Assembly (NCBI GenBank): GCA_053919585.1
Contig: CM132794.1
DNA length: 64,000 nt
Reading direction: 5' to 3' (one strand)
Source of the DNA: Euprymna scolopes
Taxonomy: Eukaryota
Shown: positions 38,645 through 52,356 of the stretch, one piece after another
How the letters are laid out: each line of letters begins with the position of its first letter
How positions within the stretch are numbered: the stretch's first letter is position 1
Program-made: the position numbers and the translations under genes
The notes under the pieces: model-generated
Told to the model about the DNA's origin: nothing
The model's database searches: none
What the model saw: the letters and a program-made list of their open reading frames with translations, nothing else

Positions 38645-39085
38645 TAATCTCCAAAAATACCGTTAGGGCTTACAACATGGCCCCCAGAAGAGTCAACAAA
38701 AAACTGCGAATAAAATATATAAAACTCGTAATTTCTGTTTTTAAAGTGGGTTGTCAATTTTCTTTATGAAATATACTTCCAAAATAAACTATTACAGTCG
38801 TTTAAAACATAATAGAAGTATTTTTTTATTTTTTAAAAACAATGTTTACAAAATGTCTACGCACGTTCGTAGACATTTTGTAAACATTGTTTTTAAAAAA
38901 TAAAAAAAATACTTCTATTATGTTTTAAACGACTGTAATAGTTTATTTTGGAAGTATATTTCATAAAGAAAATTGACAACCCACTTTAAAAACAGAAATT
39001 ACGAGTTTTATATATTTTATTCGCAGTTTGTTGTTGACTCTTCTGGCGGCCATGTTGTAAGCCCTAACTGTATTTTTGGAGATTA
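38645..39085. repeat. Long near-perfect palindrome (~220 bp arms, effectively no spacer)
   Basis: Arms are reverse complements centred at 38864/38865, with about 4 substitutions and one homopolymer indel. Confidence 0.96.
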
Positions 39086-40152
39086 TCTTGTACTGGTATA
39101 CAGAAGTTCACGTGTTATGTGAAAAACATCTTGCTACACATCTCCCTTAATAATGCCCCTACAACTTATGTCCCCGATAGTAGCCCCCTATTCAAAGTTG
39201 CATTGTGCCAGTTTTTGTGAGAAAATTGATTAAAAAGAAAAAAATAGAATGCGATCTTTGATTACTTATTCAAATGACATTCATACGTCAATTTGTGTTA
39301 CTGTAACGAAGACTAAAAGATTTCCATTGAGTATATTTTTAAAATACTTGAACAGAACGTTTAAAGTTCCAGTTATTGTTTTAAATACAATATGTAGATA
39401 AAAATAGTGGTTAAGGAAAATGTTGACGTAAAACAGTCAAGATAGCACTTAATGAGTCTTGGAAATATTTCCTTTATAAAGTGCAAGTATATTTAATTAT
39501 NNNNNNNNNNNNNNNNNNNNNNNNNNNNNNNNNNNNNNNNNNNNNNNNNNNNNNNNNNNNNNNNNNNNNNNNNNNNNNNNNNNNNNNNNNNNNNNNNNNN
39601 NNNNNNNNNNNNNNNNNNNNNNNNNNNNNNNNNNNNNNNNNNNNNNNNNNNNNNNNNNNNNNNNNNNNNNNNNNNNNNNNNNNNNNNNNNNNNNNNNNNN
39701 NNNNNNNNNNNNNNNNNNNNNNNNNNNNNNNNNNNNNNNNNNNNNNNNNNNNNNNNNNNNNNNNNNNNNNNNNNNNNNNNNNNNNNNGCGAAACAGTCCC
39801 TGACAGAGTAGTCATTTTAGTCTATAGATATTAAACATAATTTACAAGCGACTTGGATGTCAAATCGATTTGATTTGTTGTTTAAAAGAAAAATATCGCT
39901 ACTAAAATTCTAAAATTGATAGAATATCGAAGGTAACGGGCGTGAGTCAAGCAAAAGTATTTCTACGACGAATGGTAAAAGATACATTTATGAATTTTAC
40001 GAGGGTGTTTTTAAAAATGTTTTCATACTCATCAACTCAGCTAAAATTCTAAGATAAACGTCCGAGGAATGGATGGTTTGGTTTTGATCTCATCTGATCG
40101 CACCGAAATCATTTTTATTTTTTTTAATTCTGTCATTACCAGAAATTACTAC

Positions 40153-40210
<58 letters not shown>

Positions 40211-41539
40211 GATATTTACTAAAACATCGTGAATAAACTATTTAATTTTTAAGCGTATTGAAATACATGATCCCATCTGACGACCAGAGCAAAGTTTTGA
40301 CTACAATATAATAATCTAAATATGTTTGAATCTAAAAATATTAAAGATTAAATCTNNNNNNNNNNNNNNNNNNNNNNNNNNNNNNNNNNNNNNNNNNNNN
40401 NNNNNNNNNNNNNNNNNNNNNNNNNNNNNNNNNNNNNNNNNNNNNNNNNNNNNNNNNNNNNNNNNNNNNNNNNNNNNNNNNNNTTAGAATTCATTTTCTA
40501 CTCAATCACTATTGTTACTTTTGCTGGATATAAACGATGCAAGTGCCTGGACGTAAACTGTGTGTGTTCTCAAACTGGTGTAGCGCTTGAAGACGGCGAG
40601 TGATACTATTTACACGAAACTGCCTTCCGCGTTAGAATATATATATATATATATTACATAAACACCACTATTTTAAATTCACGTTTTCCAGAAATTCAAA
40701 TACGACTTCCTACTTCTGACATGAACCATGATTAGGATTGTTCTGTAACGTCTACAATTTGTTATATCTGAAACAGCGACATGCTATATAAGGGTCTGAA
40801 TGTATATATTGGCTTATCAATACAATATAATTAGGATGTATTAGGGGAATATGAACACTAATTAGTATTGATTATGTAAAGCCATCATATATGATCAGTA
40901 CATATCTATGTATACACATATCGCTATTGTCTTAGTACAGTAAAAAGTTTAAATATATGAATACCTAATTTTCTTCATCAATTGATTGTTCATTAACAAT
41001 CTCTTATTTTCGAGCCTATATATCTATTTATGCTTATAATTATGTGTAATATCTCTTGTAACTTGTACTAACTATAGCATACACACACGTTTAATCTCCA
41101 CGGGAGAAAAATTGAATGCCTACTGAAGAGAACTTGAAAACCCCTTAGACTATTCTCAAGTGTATGCGTTCCTTCTGTATAGGAGTTTGTCAGGGCAACC
41201 TTTAATTAATATACATTTTCCTACAAGTCAATCTTGACTGAATATTTTGATTTATATAAGTTTCGCAGCATATATAAGATCTCTCTGCTATGGCTACCCA
41301 AGACAAGCTTTAAGGAGGAATGTTGTACCTGCCCTAATGTATTTAATTTAACAGCGAAAGATGTTTACTTCACTAAACTGTGTAAGTTGTTGTTCTGGAA
41401 TTCGGTAGGATTAATAGACTCCAGGAAAGGCATACGTTAACTTTCTACATAAGTAATTGGAGTGGGGAATATTATGTTTCTTACTTCTTTTTTCGCTGAG
41501 TTCTTGAGCTGTAAAGGTATACTTCAACAGAATATTAGA

Positions 41540-42090
41540 TTAACAATGAACTTCAAGGAAATTATAATTAAATGACATGTGAGCGTGTGCCCACACAATA
41601 CTACCGTGGGGCTTTGAATTATATAAACTCCATCTAGTAATTAAAGAAACCATAATTGTACACATAAAAATGTGGCAAACAACAATGCCCTTAATGTCAA
41701 TAATGGAGTTTTAATAATCTATGAGATCAAGCTACGAAGAGGAATCTCTAGGTGAAAACATATCTCTTTTCCTCTTCTGTGTGACGATAGATCAATTAAG
41801 CAACTGATTAATAAACATCAGAATGCATACAATATAAGCCACAGCGGTCAAAGATACCCGAACAAAAGTTTAAAGCATCTGATTTTTATAATTAAACTCA
41901 AGCTTATTAAAGTTTACTCTTCCAGGTCGTGTATAACTTCTCTATAGATATAAAATGGGGTTCGGTTTAGACACGTGTACCATGTGTTATATTTTACTTG
42001 TAAAATGGTCCAAATTGAAAATAGACAGCTTGGTATAAACCATGAAATCAAGGTCCCAGTATAGAAGGAAAACACAATTACGTTTTTATA
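41540..42090 (+). mobile_element. Decayed R4/Dong (NeSL-related) non-LTR RT remnant
   Basis: FELYKLH...MWQTTM, EIKLRRGIS...LFCVTIDQLS and VYNFSIDI...GFGLDTC correspond to the IxRGIFQGDSLSPLxFC and FSxDIxMxFGLDKC motifs. Confidence 0.6.
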
Positions 42091-42141
42091 CATTTGTACT
42101 ATCTAATAAAGCATACGAAAATAACGGGAGAAAATTTCAGA

Positions 42142-42202
<61 letters not shown>

Positions 42203-42203
<1 letters not shown>

Positions 42204-42963
42204 TTATATCGTGTATAAAGCTTAACATATGTACGTGTGTGTCTGATCACGAATAGGCTCCTATATGGCTGACTATTATAGAAAACTAATCACATATAAT
42301 GATAGAAGATGTATCGAGACACAGAAATAGGTGTGTCTGATCTTTCATAATGATGATTCATTAAAATTGTGGGGTCTGCCTACGCGCCTGGTCCACAAAG
42401 TATGGAAATAAAAAAATTAAAAAAAGACGTTTACAACTGTTTTTGATATAGATGTACATAATAATACTTTGATAAGTATGTTTTAACTTAAATAGGGATG
42501 GGATAATAAAATAGTGGGGTCTGCGTGCGTGCCTGGCCTCCATAGAATGAAAATAGACACAATCTTTAATAAATACCTTTTATTTCTATCTGCGAAAGTA
42601 TAATTTGATAATTATGTTTCAGTTTGGAGAAATATGGTATAATAAAATTATGGGGGGTTCGTTCGCGCCTGACCTCATTAGAATGGAAATATTTAAATAA
42701 TTGTTTAACAAGTTTTTTTTTTAATATACATCAACAGAATATTGTGATAATTGTTTCAGTGTGAACAAGTATAGAATAATAAATTATGGGGTTTACCTAT
42801 TTTATTTTAACTTTCAACATATTTTGCTTTGATGGTGATACCCCCAAATTCGAAGCTATCTCTTTGCAACCTTTCCTTTTCATAACCTATCATACTTTCA
42901 TAAATCAGAGTCCATTTTCCGTAGTCTCTTTTTGAACCCAGTCAACGACGTGCACTTTTGCTA

Positions 42964-42964
<1 letters not shown>
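42203..42964 (+). mobile_element. Helitron-like family B with an internal ~140 bp tandem repeat
   Basis: Flanked by (TA)n on both sides and ends CAACGACGTGCACTTTTGCTAG|T. Units AAAATxxTGGGG...GCGCCTG...TGGAAATA near 42362, 42507, 42643 and 42781. Confidence 0.65.
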
Positions 42965-42999
<35 letters not shown>

Positions 43000-43550
43000 A
43001 CCGTATAAGAGAAATCTTTAAAACAGAACAAAATTATGTCTTTTCTTAATGATATGAAGAATGAATGTCTAATTATGTAGATTAATCGGACAAATGCTCA
43101 AATCTTGAGTGCTTTTGTACATGGCGTTTCAGTTGATGTAACTTCCAAAAGTCGCCATGTTTTTCGGTAACATAGGAGAGTAGCTCTGTACACTAATATT
43201 TGGAGGTTTTGGATCAAGTTGGAAACTATTTTACATGGATTATACAAATAATTGAAGTATCAGAAAATACTAGGCCACAATACGTGGTGAGATTGGACAG
43301 TCAGGCATGGAAGGCCGCATATTGGAAAAAAAGACTCAGCTCTCATAGATAATTAACGTAAAATTAAGACACAGAGAAGATCGAGGGAATTTAGACAAGT
43401 CAAGAAGGCGGCGGATATGATGCGTTATAGCAATATTTAAAGTCACACCAGTGTTTAATTTAATGGCATATGGGAATCGGTAATTACACATTCACATTAA
43501 CAATGCTCAGATACTGTAAGAAAAATACAAATAAAACATGTATAAATACG

Positions 43551-43887
43551 TAAAAAATTCGCGTTGCAGTTTTGGCTTCAAATGTATTTATACATGTTTT
43601 ATTCTTCAAATTTCACTCAGCGCTTCTAACGGATATAAACAAAAGAACTACCCAGATTTTAAAAATGCGCGACCACGCGTCACCTATCCGTCTTCATAAA
43701 AAAAAACCTACAGTTAACAACATCACGTGGACTCTTCACCGAACTATCTTCCACTAAATTATGTCGAGGAAGAAGAGGAAAAAAAAGATTGGCAAAGGAG
43801 TCTTACTCCGAAATATATTTTTTTAAAGATAAACACCCGTTTATTTTATAAAAAAATTCGCGTTGCATTTTTGGCTTCAAATGTCTG
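43551..43887. repeat. Direct repeat pair (~35 bp) 300 bp apart
   Basis: AAAAAATTCGCGTTGCA(G/T)TTTTGGCTTCAAATGT at ~43552 and ~43851. Confidence 0.85.
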
Positions 43888-44802
43888 TANNNNNNNNNNN
43901 NNNNNNNNNNNNNNNNNNNNNNNNNNNNNNNNNNNNNNNNNNNNNNNNNNNNNNNNNNNNNNNNNNNNNNNNNNNNNNNNNNNNNNNNNNNNNNNNNNNN
44001 NNNNNNNNNNNNNNNNNNNNNNNNNNNNNNNTACTTTACAAAAACATTTGCGGATTAACAATAATAAATAAAGAAACATCTATGTGCAGTACATTTTAAT
44101 CTAAGATACCGCGTGTTTTTACGTTAGTGAATGTTTCTTTTGCACACTGATATACGTTTTTCAACGTTTCGTATTAATACACTTCACTTGCATCGCTTGG
44201 GTTGCTTGTCTTTCCTATAATGCATTCCCACTTAGATTATCTATTTTTTCTGCGGATAATATACTTACTAAATCTGAGATTTTTGTTCCAGAATTCACAA
44301 AGGTAAAACACTGGCTTTCTTTGAAACATTTAATGTTGTACATTACATAATTTGAAAAAAGTTATGTCAAAATATACGGATTACCAAGAAAGTAATAGTA
44401 TATATTAACAGAAAGTAAAATAGCGTCGGACTTTATTCCGTAGGTTGTATGAAGCTGAATCATATTCGTATAGGTATTGTTGATTGGCTGATATGTATTT
44501 AAATAATATATTTAATGTAATGAGATGTATTGCTGTAAGTTTACTGTTATTGGCTTATTAATCGCATTGATATGTATTTTAATATGATGATATATAACAA
44601 GCTAGATGTGGGTTCGTTTGATAGACTGAATGACTTTTAAACCTGATACTATTTTTAATGATGTTGCTTTGGTCGCTTTTTCATAGTGATGTTATACCTT
44701 TCACTTCTCTTAAGAATTGTTTGATGTTGAATGCTATTCTTAGTAACTTTTTTCATATACCCAATTGTCGAATAGCATATTGTTATTTGCCTGTTTACGC
44801 AG

Positions 44803-44881
44803 TGCCCAACACAAATGCGATCAATACACCAAATAACCAGGCTGGAGTAAACTCGATATTGTACGCAAAGAAACCACGAAC
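44803..44881 (+). CDS. Candidate exon (PNTNAINTPNNQAGVNSILYAKKPR), product unknown
   Basis: Acceptor TTTGCCTGTTTACGCAG, open frame, GTAAAC donor. Confidence 0.25.
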
Positions 44882-46160
44882 GTAAACAGGTCGACAGAAT
44901 GCGTACGTTTCGTTCTGCTCTCGATCTAATGAATATGAATAAACAAAAAAAACCTTTATGTAAAAATAAAAAACGACCAAAAACAAAAAAAACAGTGTCT
45001 TTTGACGAGGAATAGTGTGTAAACAGTAAATAGAACCGATATCTTACACTTAGATCCCTACTTCGACTTTTCTTTTATCTCTGAAAAAAAATAAACATTA
45101 TTATGTTTCACCCAAAACATTTGTCCACAGACGATTTTTCAGTGTATCGTTTTTTTTTTAAACACTGCATGAGAGTTAAGATGTTGGTAGATCTGTTAAT
45201 CTCCTGTTACACTTATGTTTTTTAAAAGATCTTTATATAAATAATATTTGTTAAAGTGTTAAGACAAGTAATGCATTATGTGTAGTGTTTTAGTTTTTTA
45301 ACTGTTGGGAGATCGAATATTTAATAAATATATATTTTTTTTAAGTACGTCCAATTTTTAATTCATCTGATGCGCTGTTCTTAATGATATTATGATATTA
45401 TGATATTAATGATATTATGATATTGAAATTTATTGAATATATTTTTCAAATTTTCACGTTTATAGTTTTTGATCACTACCTCATTTTTCAAGGTGTCTTC
45501 TATTTTGAATAATCATATATTGTTTTTATAAGCCGAAAATTTGAAACTTTAAATAAATAAACATATGTTTATTTAAATATACGTCTTCGCACGTTATCGT
45601 TGCTCTCATCTCATTTTTTTAAATTTCCTTTGTTCACAAGCTTTTAAAAGTGGAACGTGTTCATACTACACATTAGCGCACGAACGTCACTCTCTACCAG
45701 ACTTACAATATACAACCAAGCGGCTAGAACAGGATAATGGCACACGAGAAAAGAAAAAGAAAAAAAACTAATATATTGTATTGTGTTTTTTTTTTTTAAT
45801 TCTGATGAAGGATTTTTTATGAGCCGAAAATTTGAAACTTCAACCAAATAAATATCTGTTAATTTAAAGATACCACTTCGGCCATTATTTTCTAATCTCA
45901 CATTTATATATTGTTTTATTGTCTAACAGTTTTACTTCGATTAGTCTCGTATCTGTAGTATTGACTAAGATTTTATAAATTAATTTCACAATATATTCAT
46001 TTAATAATGAACATATATAAACCCCACTTCCAAAATTCTAGAAAAATTAATGAGTGTCAAATATATAGGGCGTCTATCAAGTATTGGCGGTAAAAAAATA
46101 TACTAAAGAAGGGGTTACTTTTAGGTCAGAAATATAATGTCCAGAACAAATCGCCATGCA

Positions 46161-47012
46161 CAGAGAAGAACGATAAAATTGTCGCCCGAAATGGAGGACA
46201 CGATTTCCTTACTATTTTATGAAATATATATATATTTTTTTTTGCAGACAATCTACTAGTTGATCAGTTCTGTACTAAGAGCGATAGAAGTATTCTATAA
46301 TATTTAAAAGTAACGCAATGTTCAACTAGAGAGACGGAGATGCGCCACTGTACAGCGCATGCTCTATACCTATCCAAGAGCTGGGAGGAGGATCATTTCC
46401 AGCACTATCAAAATGAATATCCAGACGATTCAACGCTTGAGGATCACAGCTCACCGAGGTTTCCGGTCAAGTTTATGGTATTCCATGTGGTTTCAAATAG
46501 GGGCCACATTATACCACGTCAGATTTTTTAATTCGGCTTTAATGTAAACACCCATGTGTACTAGTTGTGCTGAAGAGTATGATGATATCCAGTTTCAATC
46601 AGGCAAACCCTAGGTGAGGCATCAGAACTCAACTCCTTCCCACAAGTATAAAGAGACGGAGGGTTTCATAGAGAGTATTACGACTTGTACCCTTATCTCA
46701 CTGGCCCCTATCAGTCTCGAACCTCAACCCGCTGGAATACTTCGTTTAATCGGACGTCGAGAACATTACAAACAGGACCTGATCCTCGCGATCCGCTTAG
46801 CATTCGCCGAGCTACCTCAGCGCTTCTGGAAAAGGCATACTTTCAAATCCGGACCTGTATGGAGGCGGTATTTTAGACTGAAAGCGGCTACATTGAATAT
46901 ATATGAGTTCTACTACATAATCAAATTACCTAAATTTATTTTTACAATGGAAGTTTAACGTAAAGCTGTAGTGTTGTAATCTATAGGGCGGCAAATGTAT
47001 CGTTTCACTCCG
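46161..47012 (+). mobile_element. maT/DD37D-type Tc1-mariner remnant, internally deleted
   Basis: Imperfect TIRs CAGAGAAGAACGATAAAATTGTCGCC and GGCGGCAAATGTATCGTTTCACTCCG followed by TA. Motifs RFPVKFMVFHVVSNRGHI, HQNSTPSHK, HWPLSVSNLNPLEYFV and MEAVF*TESGYIE. Confidence 0.82.
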
Positions 47013-47773
47013 TATATTTATGCTTAACAACAACGCTAACATTCCAACTGTTGTTACAGTCAGAGCAATTTAGTTAGTACTAGCCGTGACACTGCGTTTT
47101 GACTAATTTACGGCTTCTAACAAAATTTTTCCAATGTAACGTCTGGATGTGTTTTTGTACTCGAATTTTTTTTTTAACTCGAGTATTTGAATAATATTAT
47201 GGATTAAACCGTTTATTCATCATGTAATTTGCTCTAGACACATTGAGAATAGCCGGACAAATATCTTGCTGCCAATCACACTACATAATATTTCTTTCTT
47301 AATGACAGTATTCTTGGTTGAATAAATAAGAAAAAATATTTCTATCATATTATGTGTTAATATTTATAGCCTGTTACAGGCAACTCGAAATATGTTCTCT
47401 CCAACGTTGGCTGTAGAAGAAGTAAAAACAATAGGAAACAAAAAGTTCGAAAATATTTTTCTAGTTCTTCCTGGAAGCTGTTGTATTTCTCTGTCTACTA
47501 ACTATTTAGAACTTATGATAATGTTTCAAAGTCAACATTTTAACAATTGCGTGTGATGAGGTAAGACACCATTAGTAAATATTCAGTGCGAGAAAAAATA
47601 TCACTTTACAAATGGTCAGTTTTGGATTTTATTACAAAATACGGATACTATTAACAAATTCGTTAATATTATCCGTAGATTCCGTTGCAAGCATTGTAGA
47701 ATATAGGACAAAACACTTTGGGGTGAAAGTGTTGATTACAATAAACTTATTGATGTTTATCTCATATATTATA

Positions 47774-47832
<59 letters not shown>

Positions 47833-48429
47833 GAGCGTATCACTTAGTTATAATACTATTATAGTTTCTTTTAAATTCATTGCATTTAACCTGGAATGGG
47901 GGTTATATTTGACCTATCGTGGTGTTATTAATTTATACAAGAGCATTTATGAACCAGAAAAATATTTTAAACATACAAATAAATACTTCAGTGTTATTAC
48001 AATCAAAAATATATTACATTTAATTATATTACAAGCTATTCATCTGAAATTATTCATGTTTTTTTAATGAAAAATAAAGGCTGTTGAAATGAGAAAAAAG
48101 CCATGAGATTTTTATTTTGATATTGATATATTATAGAGATATATTAAAAAAATATGAAAGTCTGACTATTTTTATTCAAACAGGACCGCAGTCGTTATCG
48201 CAGAATGCGTAGTTTATACATTTTATTTTGCTGTATTTGTACAGGATGTTATAATAGCAGCCGTGGATATGCTATGTTTATTTTAATTTTACTTAGGATT
48301 CAAATTGGGTTTACGTATTAAACTAATTTTAATATTATTACGTATTAATTCTAAATATATAGGGTTTTTTTTTCTGTAGCATGAATGGACCCGATATTGT
48401 TGGGTAATAAAACGATAGAGATAGCAGAA

Positions 48430-48760
48430 AATAATAACCACCGGTAATAATATTCAATGCTTGTATTATACATAAGCAAAGCAATATTGCCATTGAAACG
48501 TAAAAAAAGGGCTACTGGAAAAAGGGATCATCTTAACCTTCGAAGATGGTAATTTGTTCAACAACGTGTTCAGCAAAAGAACACATGCATCGATTACCGC
48601 GAAAATAAAGATCAAATAGGGAAGTTTTAAGATAACGGATTGCATATTGACGAAACTAAAGGGAAATTCTTTAAGAAACTTGAACCTTCAAAATGAATAA
48701 GAAAGACTTATTCAAGTTTGTCTACAGTATTATGTAACTGAATTATTGGGCATGCGGATT
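48430..48760 (+). mobile_element. Gypsy-type RT remnant
   Basis: GLLEKGII, QKNTCIDYRE (cf. RxCIDYRxLN) and DNGLHIDETK, in order, with stops and a deletion. Confidence 0.45.
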
Positions 48761-51700
48761 GTTAATTAATTTTATTCGCATAAATATCATGCTCTTCATT
48801 GTTATTCACAAAATGTTTTGGCTGATATAATTTTCGACTTCCTCAAATATATCAAGACATTATGAGTTAGCACGGAATTTCTATCATGTCATGGTCTAGC
48901 TGCGTCAGCCATTACTGGGTAGACGTCTTAAGTAATTCAAAATTAAATTCTGTGTATTAACCTTCAACATCTAAAAGGGTACCATGTAGAACTGAACATT
49001 TTCGTAGGAATATATCCATTATATCAGCGGTTATAATGGTAAGGCGTTTTGTGTGTGGTGGTCGTGGTGGGGGGATGCAACATGATTACACGACAACATT
49101 ATATTGAAGTATTTGTTAAATATGCACGCTTAATATTCTTATAAAAAACAATTCCGTTTTTTTTTTATTTAACCTATTTAATTTATTTTTCCTGTTGATC
49201 CGCTTTCTTCTTGTACTTTAATCTGAAGATATCTGATGTAAACTTGCCTAATTCAATAAAAAAAGAGTGAGGGAGAGAAAGGGGAGATATATTTAAAAGC
49301 AGAACAAACCTAGGTTTTAATGAGCGAGTTAATGCTTTGCTTAATAGTCGGTTTTATAAGCAAGCGACACAATATAAGCCAAAGGAAATCGTTGTTCATG
49401 CTTCGAGGTAGTTTACCTCCTTTGAAGTTTTTAAATCATATTTTCAAGATGACTAGACAATAAAACTACTTAGTTTTTGGGGCGGAAAAGGTATAAATGA
49501 GAATAAGAGATTTTGGAAATCTAGCATTGCAACAAGTAAATAAATGGGGAATATTATGGCGAAATAAATAAATACTTAATACCGAAATGAATAAAAAGAA
49601 CATAAAAAGTGAAAAATGCGCAACTATATAAGAAAACATCTAACGCAGTCAAAGAAAATAAAGAACCGTTACGAAAATTTCGATAAAATATAAATAAAGA
49701 CAGATAGAAATTTATAGTAATGTTTAAAAGTGACCACACTAAAACAGTAAATAAACGAGACCTATAGTGTGTAACTGAAAGATTATAAAATATAAATATA
49801 TGAAAGGACATTAAACATAGATTATCGTATAAATAAACAACCTGCATTGGAGTGTATAGAAAATTAATTAGAATTGCACAATTGAAAGATACATAATTAA
49901 TAAAATACGTATACTTATTAAAATCCACTTTACCATAACACTGAATATAAAACATAAGAAAAGTATTAAATATATAATAGTATTGCAAGATCAACAGTTT
50001 TTCTTCTAAAACAAGAGTATGATGAAGCCGATAGCAAATTCAACACCGTTAAGATACAAAAAAAAAAAAAAACAAATAACAAAGAATACACAAGAAAGTT
50101 ATAAGAAAGTAAATAAAAATTGATACAAAGTTTTACTTTTAATCTTCCGGCCGAACGCTGACGTAAATTTTATGGGGAATAAAGAAAATAGAAAGCTAAA
50201 ACTGTCAAGGTAATAATTCCAGAACAAAGAATAAAGGTCTTAAATAAAAGAAAACCGTAAAAGTCAATGAGAAAAAATGCATAAAAAATAACTAAAATAA
50301 AAAAAGGGAATGTAATTGAAGAAAGATGGCCGCCGACTTACAACGCTGTTAATGGAACTGTAGAACACTTGTAAAATAATTCGATTTAAAAATAAATAAA
50401 GAAAAGAATTGAACCGAGGATTTAGCTTTCGCTTTGCACACCTTCAACCGGACATCTTCGCAAATGAATGTGTATTATTGTGTTTACTAGTATTCGCTTT
50501 TCTTTGAGCTATTTGTGTTTTATTGCTAAGACTCCATTTACCATTTCAACCTGGCNNNNNNNNNNNNNNNNNNNNNNNNNNNNNNNNNNNNNNNNNNNNN
50601 NNNNNNNNNNNNNNNNNNNNNNNNNNNNNNNNNNNNNNNNNNNNNNNNNNNNNNNNNNNNNNNNNNNNNNNNNNNNNNNNNNNNNNNNNNNNNNNNNNNN
50701 NNNNNNNNNNNNNNNNNNNNNNNNNNNNNNNNNNNNNNNNNNNNNNNNNNNNNNNNNNNNNNNNNNNNNNNNNNNNNNNNNNNNNNNNNNNNNNNNNNNN
50801 NNNNNNNNNNNNNNNNNNNNNNNNNNGTCACATACCCACACACACATATGTGTGTGTGTGTGTGTGTGTGTGCGTGTGTGTTTCTGGTTGTGTATAACTG
50901 TTATGTATCCCGGTTTTCTCTACGCGTTATTTTCTTGAAAAAATAAAGAGAAAAATAAAATGCCACGGAATTGGCTGGCATTCAAGTTTTAGAACGACCA
51001 AAACAATAGTGAATTATGTCTGTGAAGTCAGTGAATAGGACGCTTATTGCCGAGTAAATGTGTTTTCATATAAATAAATATAAATGTGATATTCTGACTT
51101 TTAATTCCGTTGCGATTAAATAGAAAATGTCTGAGGAGTTTATATGCGAACCTATTCTTAGATTCATAGTTTTGCGTTGTATTAAGACTAACGCACCGAA
51201 TGACTTTAATATCCTGCATTTTACACTGTCTTGTTTCGTGTAACTACAAATAAACACGCATAGAATCCCACACATGTGGGGAAAAATATGCGCACGCATA
51301 ATGATATTTATAATTACAAATCAATTTAGGTGAGATAAGAGACAACCTATTTACTTTTAACCTATTATAACTGTTCTGAATTCGATTAATCAAACACAGT
51401 TGTCTCTGCTAAACAATGTTATATTTGTTGTCTTCCATGAAGAGTTTAATATAAACGCATAAGAAACAAGACATACACGGTTTTACATCATACTTCTACT
51501 TAAAATATATTAATCTCTTATACAGGCTAGAGCTAAATCCACAAACTTAATTGGATATAAAAAGTATGCTCTTAGTAAGATTAGATATAACTCATCTGTA
51601 GATTTGTGTCCGTCTCTTAATATGTAAATAAAGATAGGTTTGAGCCAGGAATGTTATACTCCAATATATAGTGCTGGTAATATATACCTGAAGGTGGGTA

Positions 51701-52169
51701 AACCCAGTTTATTATTAAACCAAACAAAATTATTATTGCAATTATCCAAAAATATAAAATAATCCAGTTCAAGTAAATATTATATAATACGAAACGCTTT
51801 ATGTTACGTTAAAATAAAACGGTAACAATTATATTAATTTGTAAAACTGAATGTGTAGCTTACTAATAAAATTATCACAGGTTATAATTGTGCAAGACTA
51901 ATAGTTGAATATTTTTAAATTCCTTATTACAGTTACATTAAATACAAATCCATGACTACTATAACAGCATGCAATAGAATGCGATGCATGACGCATGCTT
52001 TCAAGCTTACGATAGCAAAACCGTTTTCTTTGTACGTGAATAACTCGGTTATATAATAAAAACACTACAAAAATAAATGCGAGTTGGGAATAATTGTCCC
52101 TTTGATAAATTTTGTACCACCAAATAAAGAGCCGAGTTTAATTTGACCAAATTCGCATATTCCATCATA

Positions 52170-52356
52170 TTATTTCGATTAGGGATTAATTATACTTATA
52201 AAATGCATTCTAAAAGAGTCCCTATCCAAAGGCACTGTCTACTACATAAATTACATTTGTTTGAAATTTCACAAAAATAGGTTCAGTCCTTTCGGAGTCA
52301 ATAGGGAATACCCCTACATACACACGGATAAGTTGTCCTTTATATGTGTATATAAG
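52170..52356 (-). mobile_element. Helitron-like 5' end on the minus strand
   Basis: The reverse strand reads CTTATATACACATATAA...GTGTGTATGT...GACTGAACCTATTTTTGTGAAATTT, a layout typical of non-autonomous Helitron 5' ends. Confidence 0.35.

Noticed and set aside
40520-40610. Minus-strand FENTHSLRP resembling a Tctex1-domain N-terminus
   Set aside because: The match is short and no downstream Tctex exons were found.
48380-48620. Gene with 25-35 nt introns
   Set aside because: Better explained as a decayed gypsy RT (LLEKGII, CIDYR).
49554-49994. 146 aa hydrophobic minus-strand ORF (similar case at 31570-31926)
   Set aside because: It is the low-complexity reverse complement of A-rich DNA with no recognisable domain.
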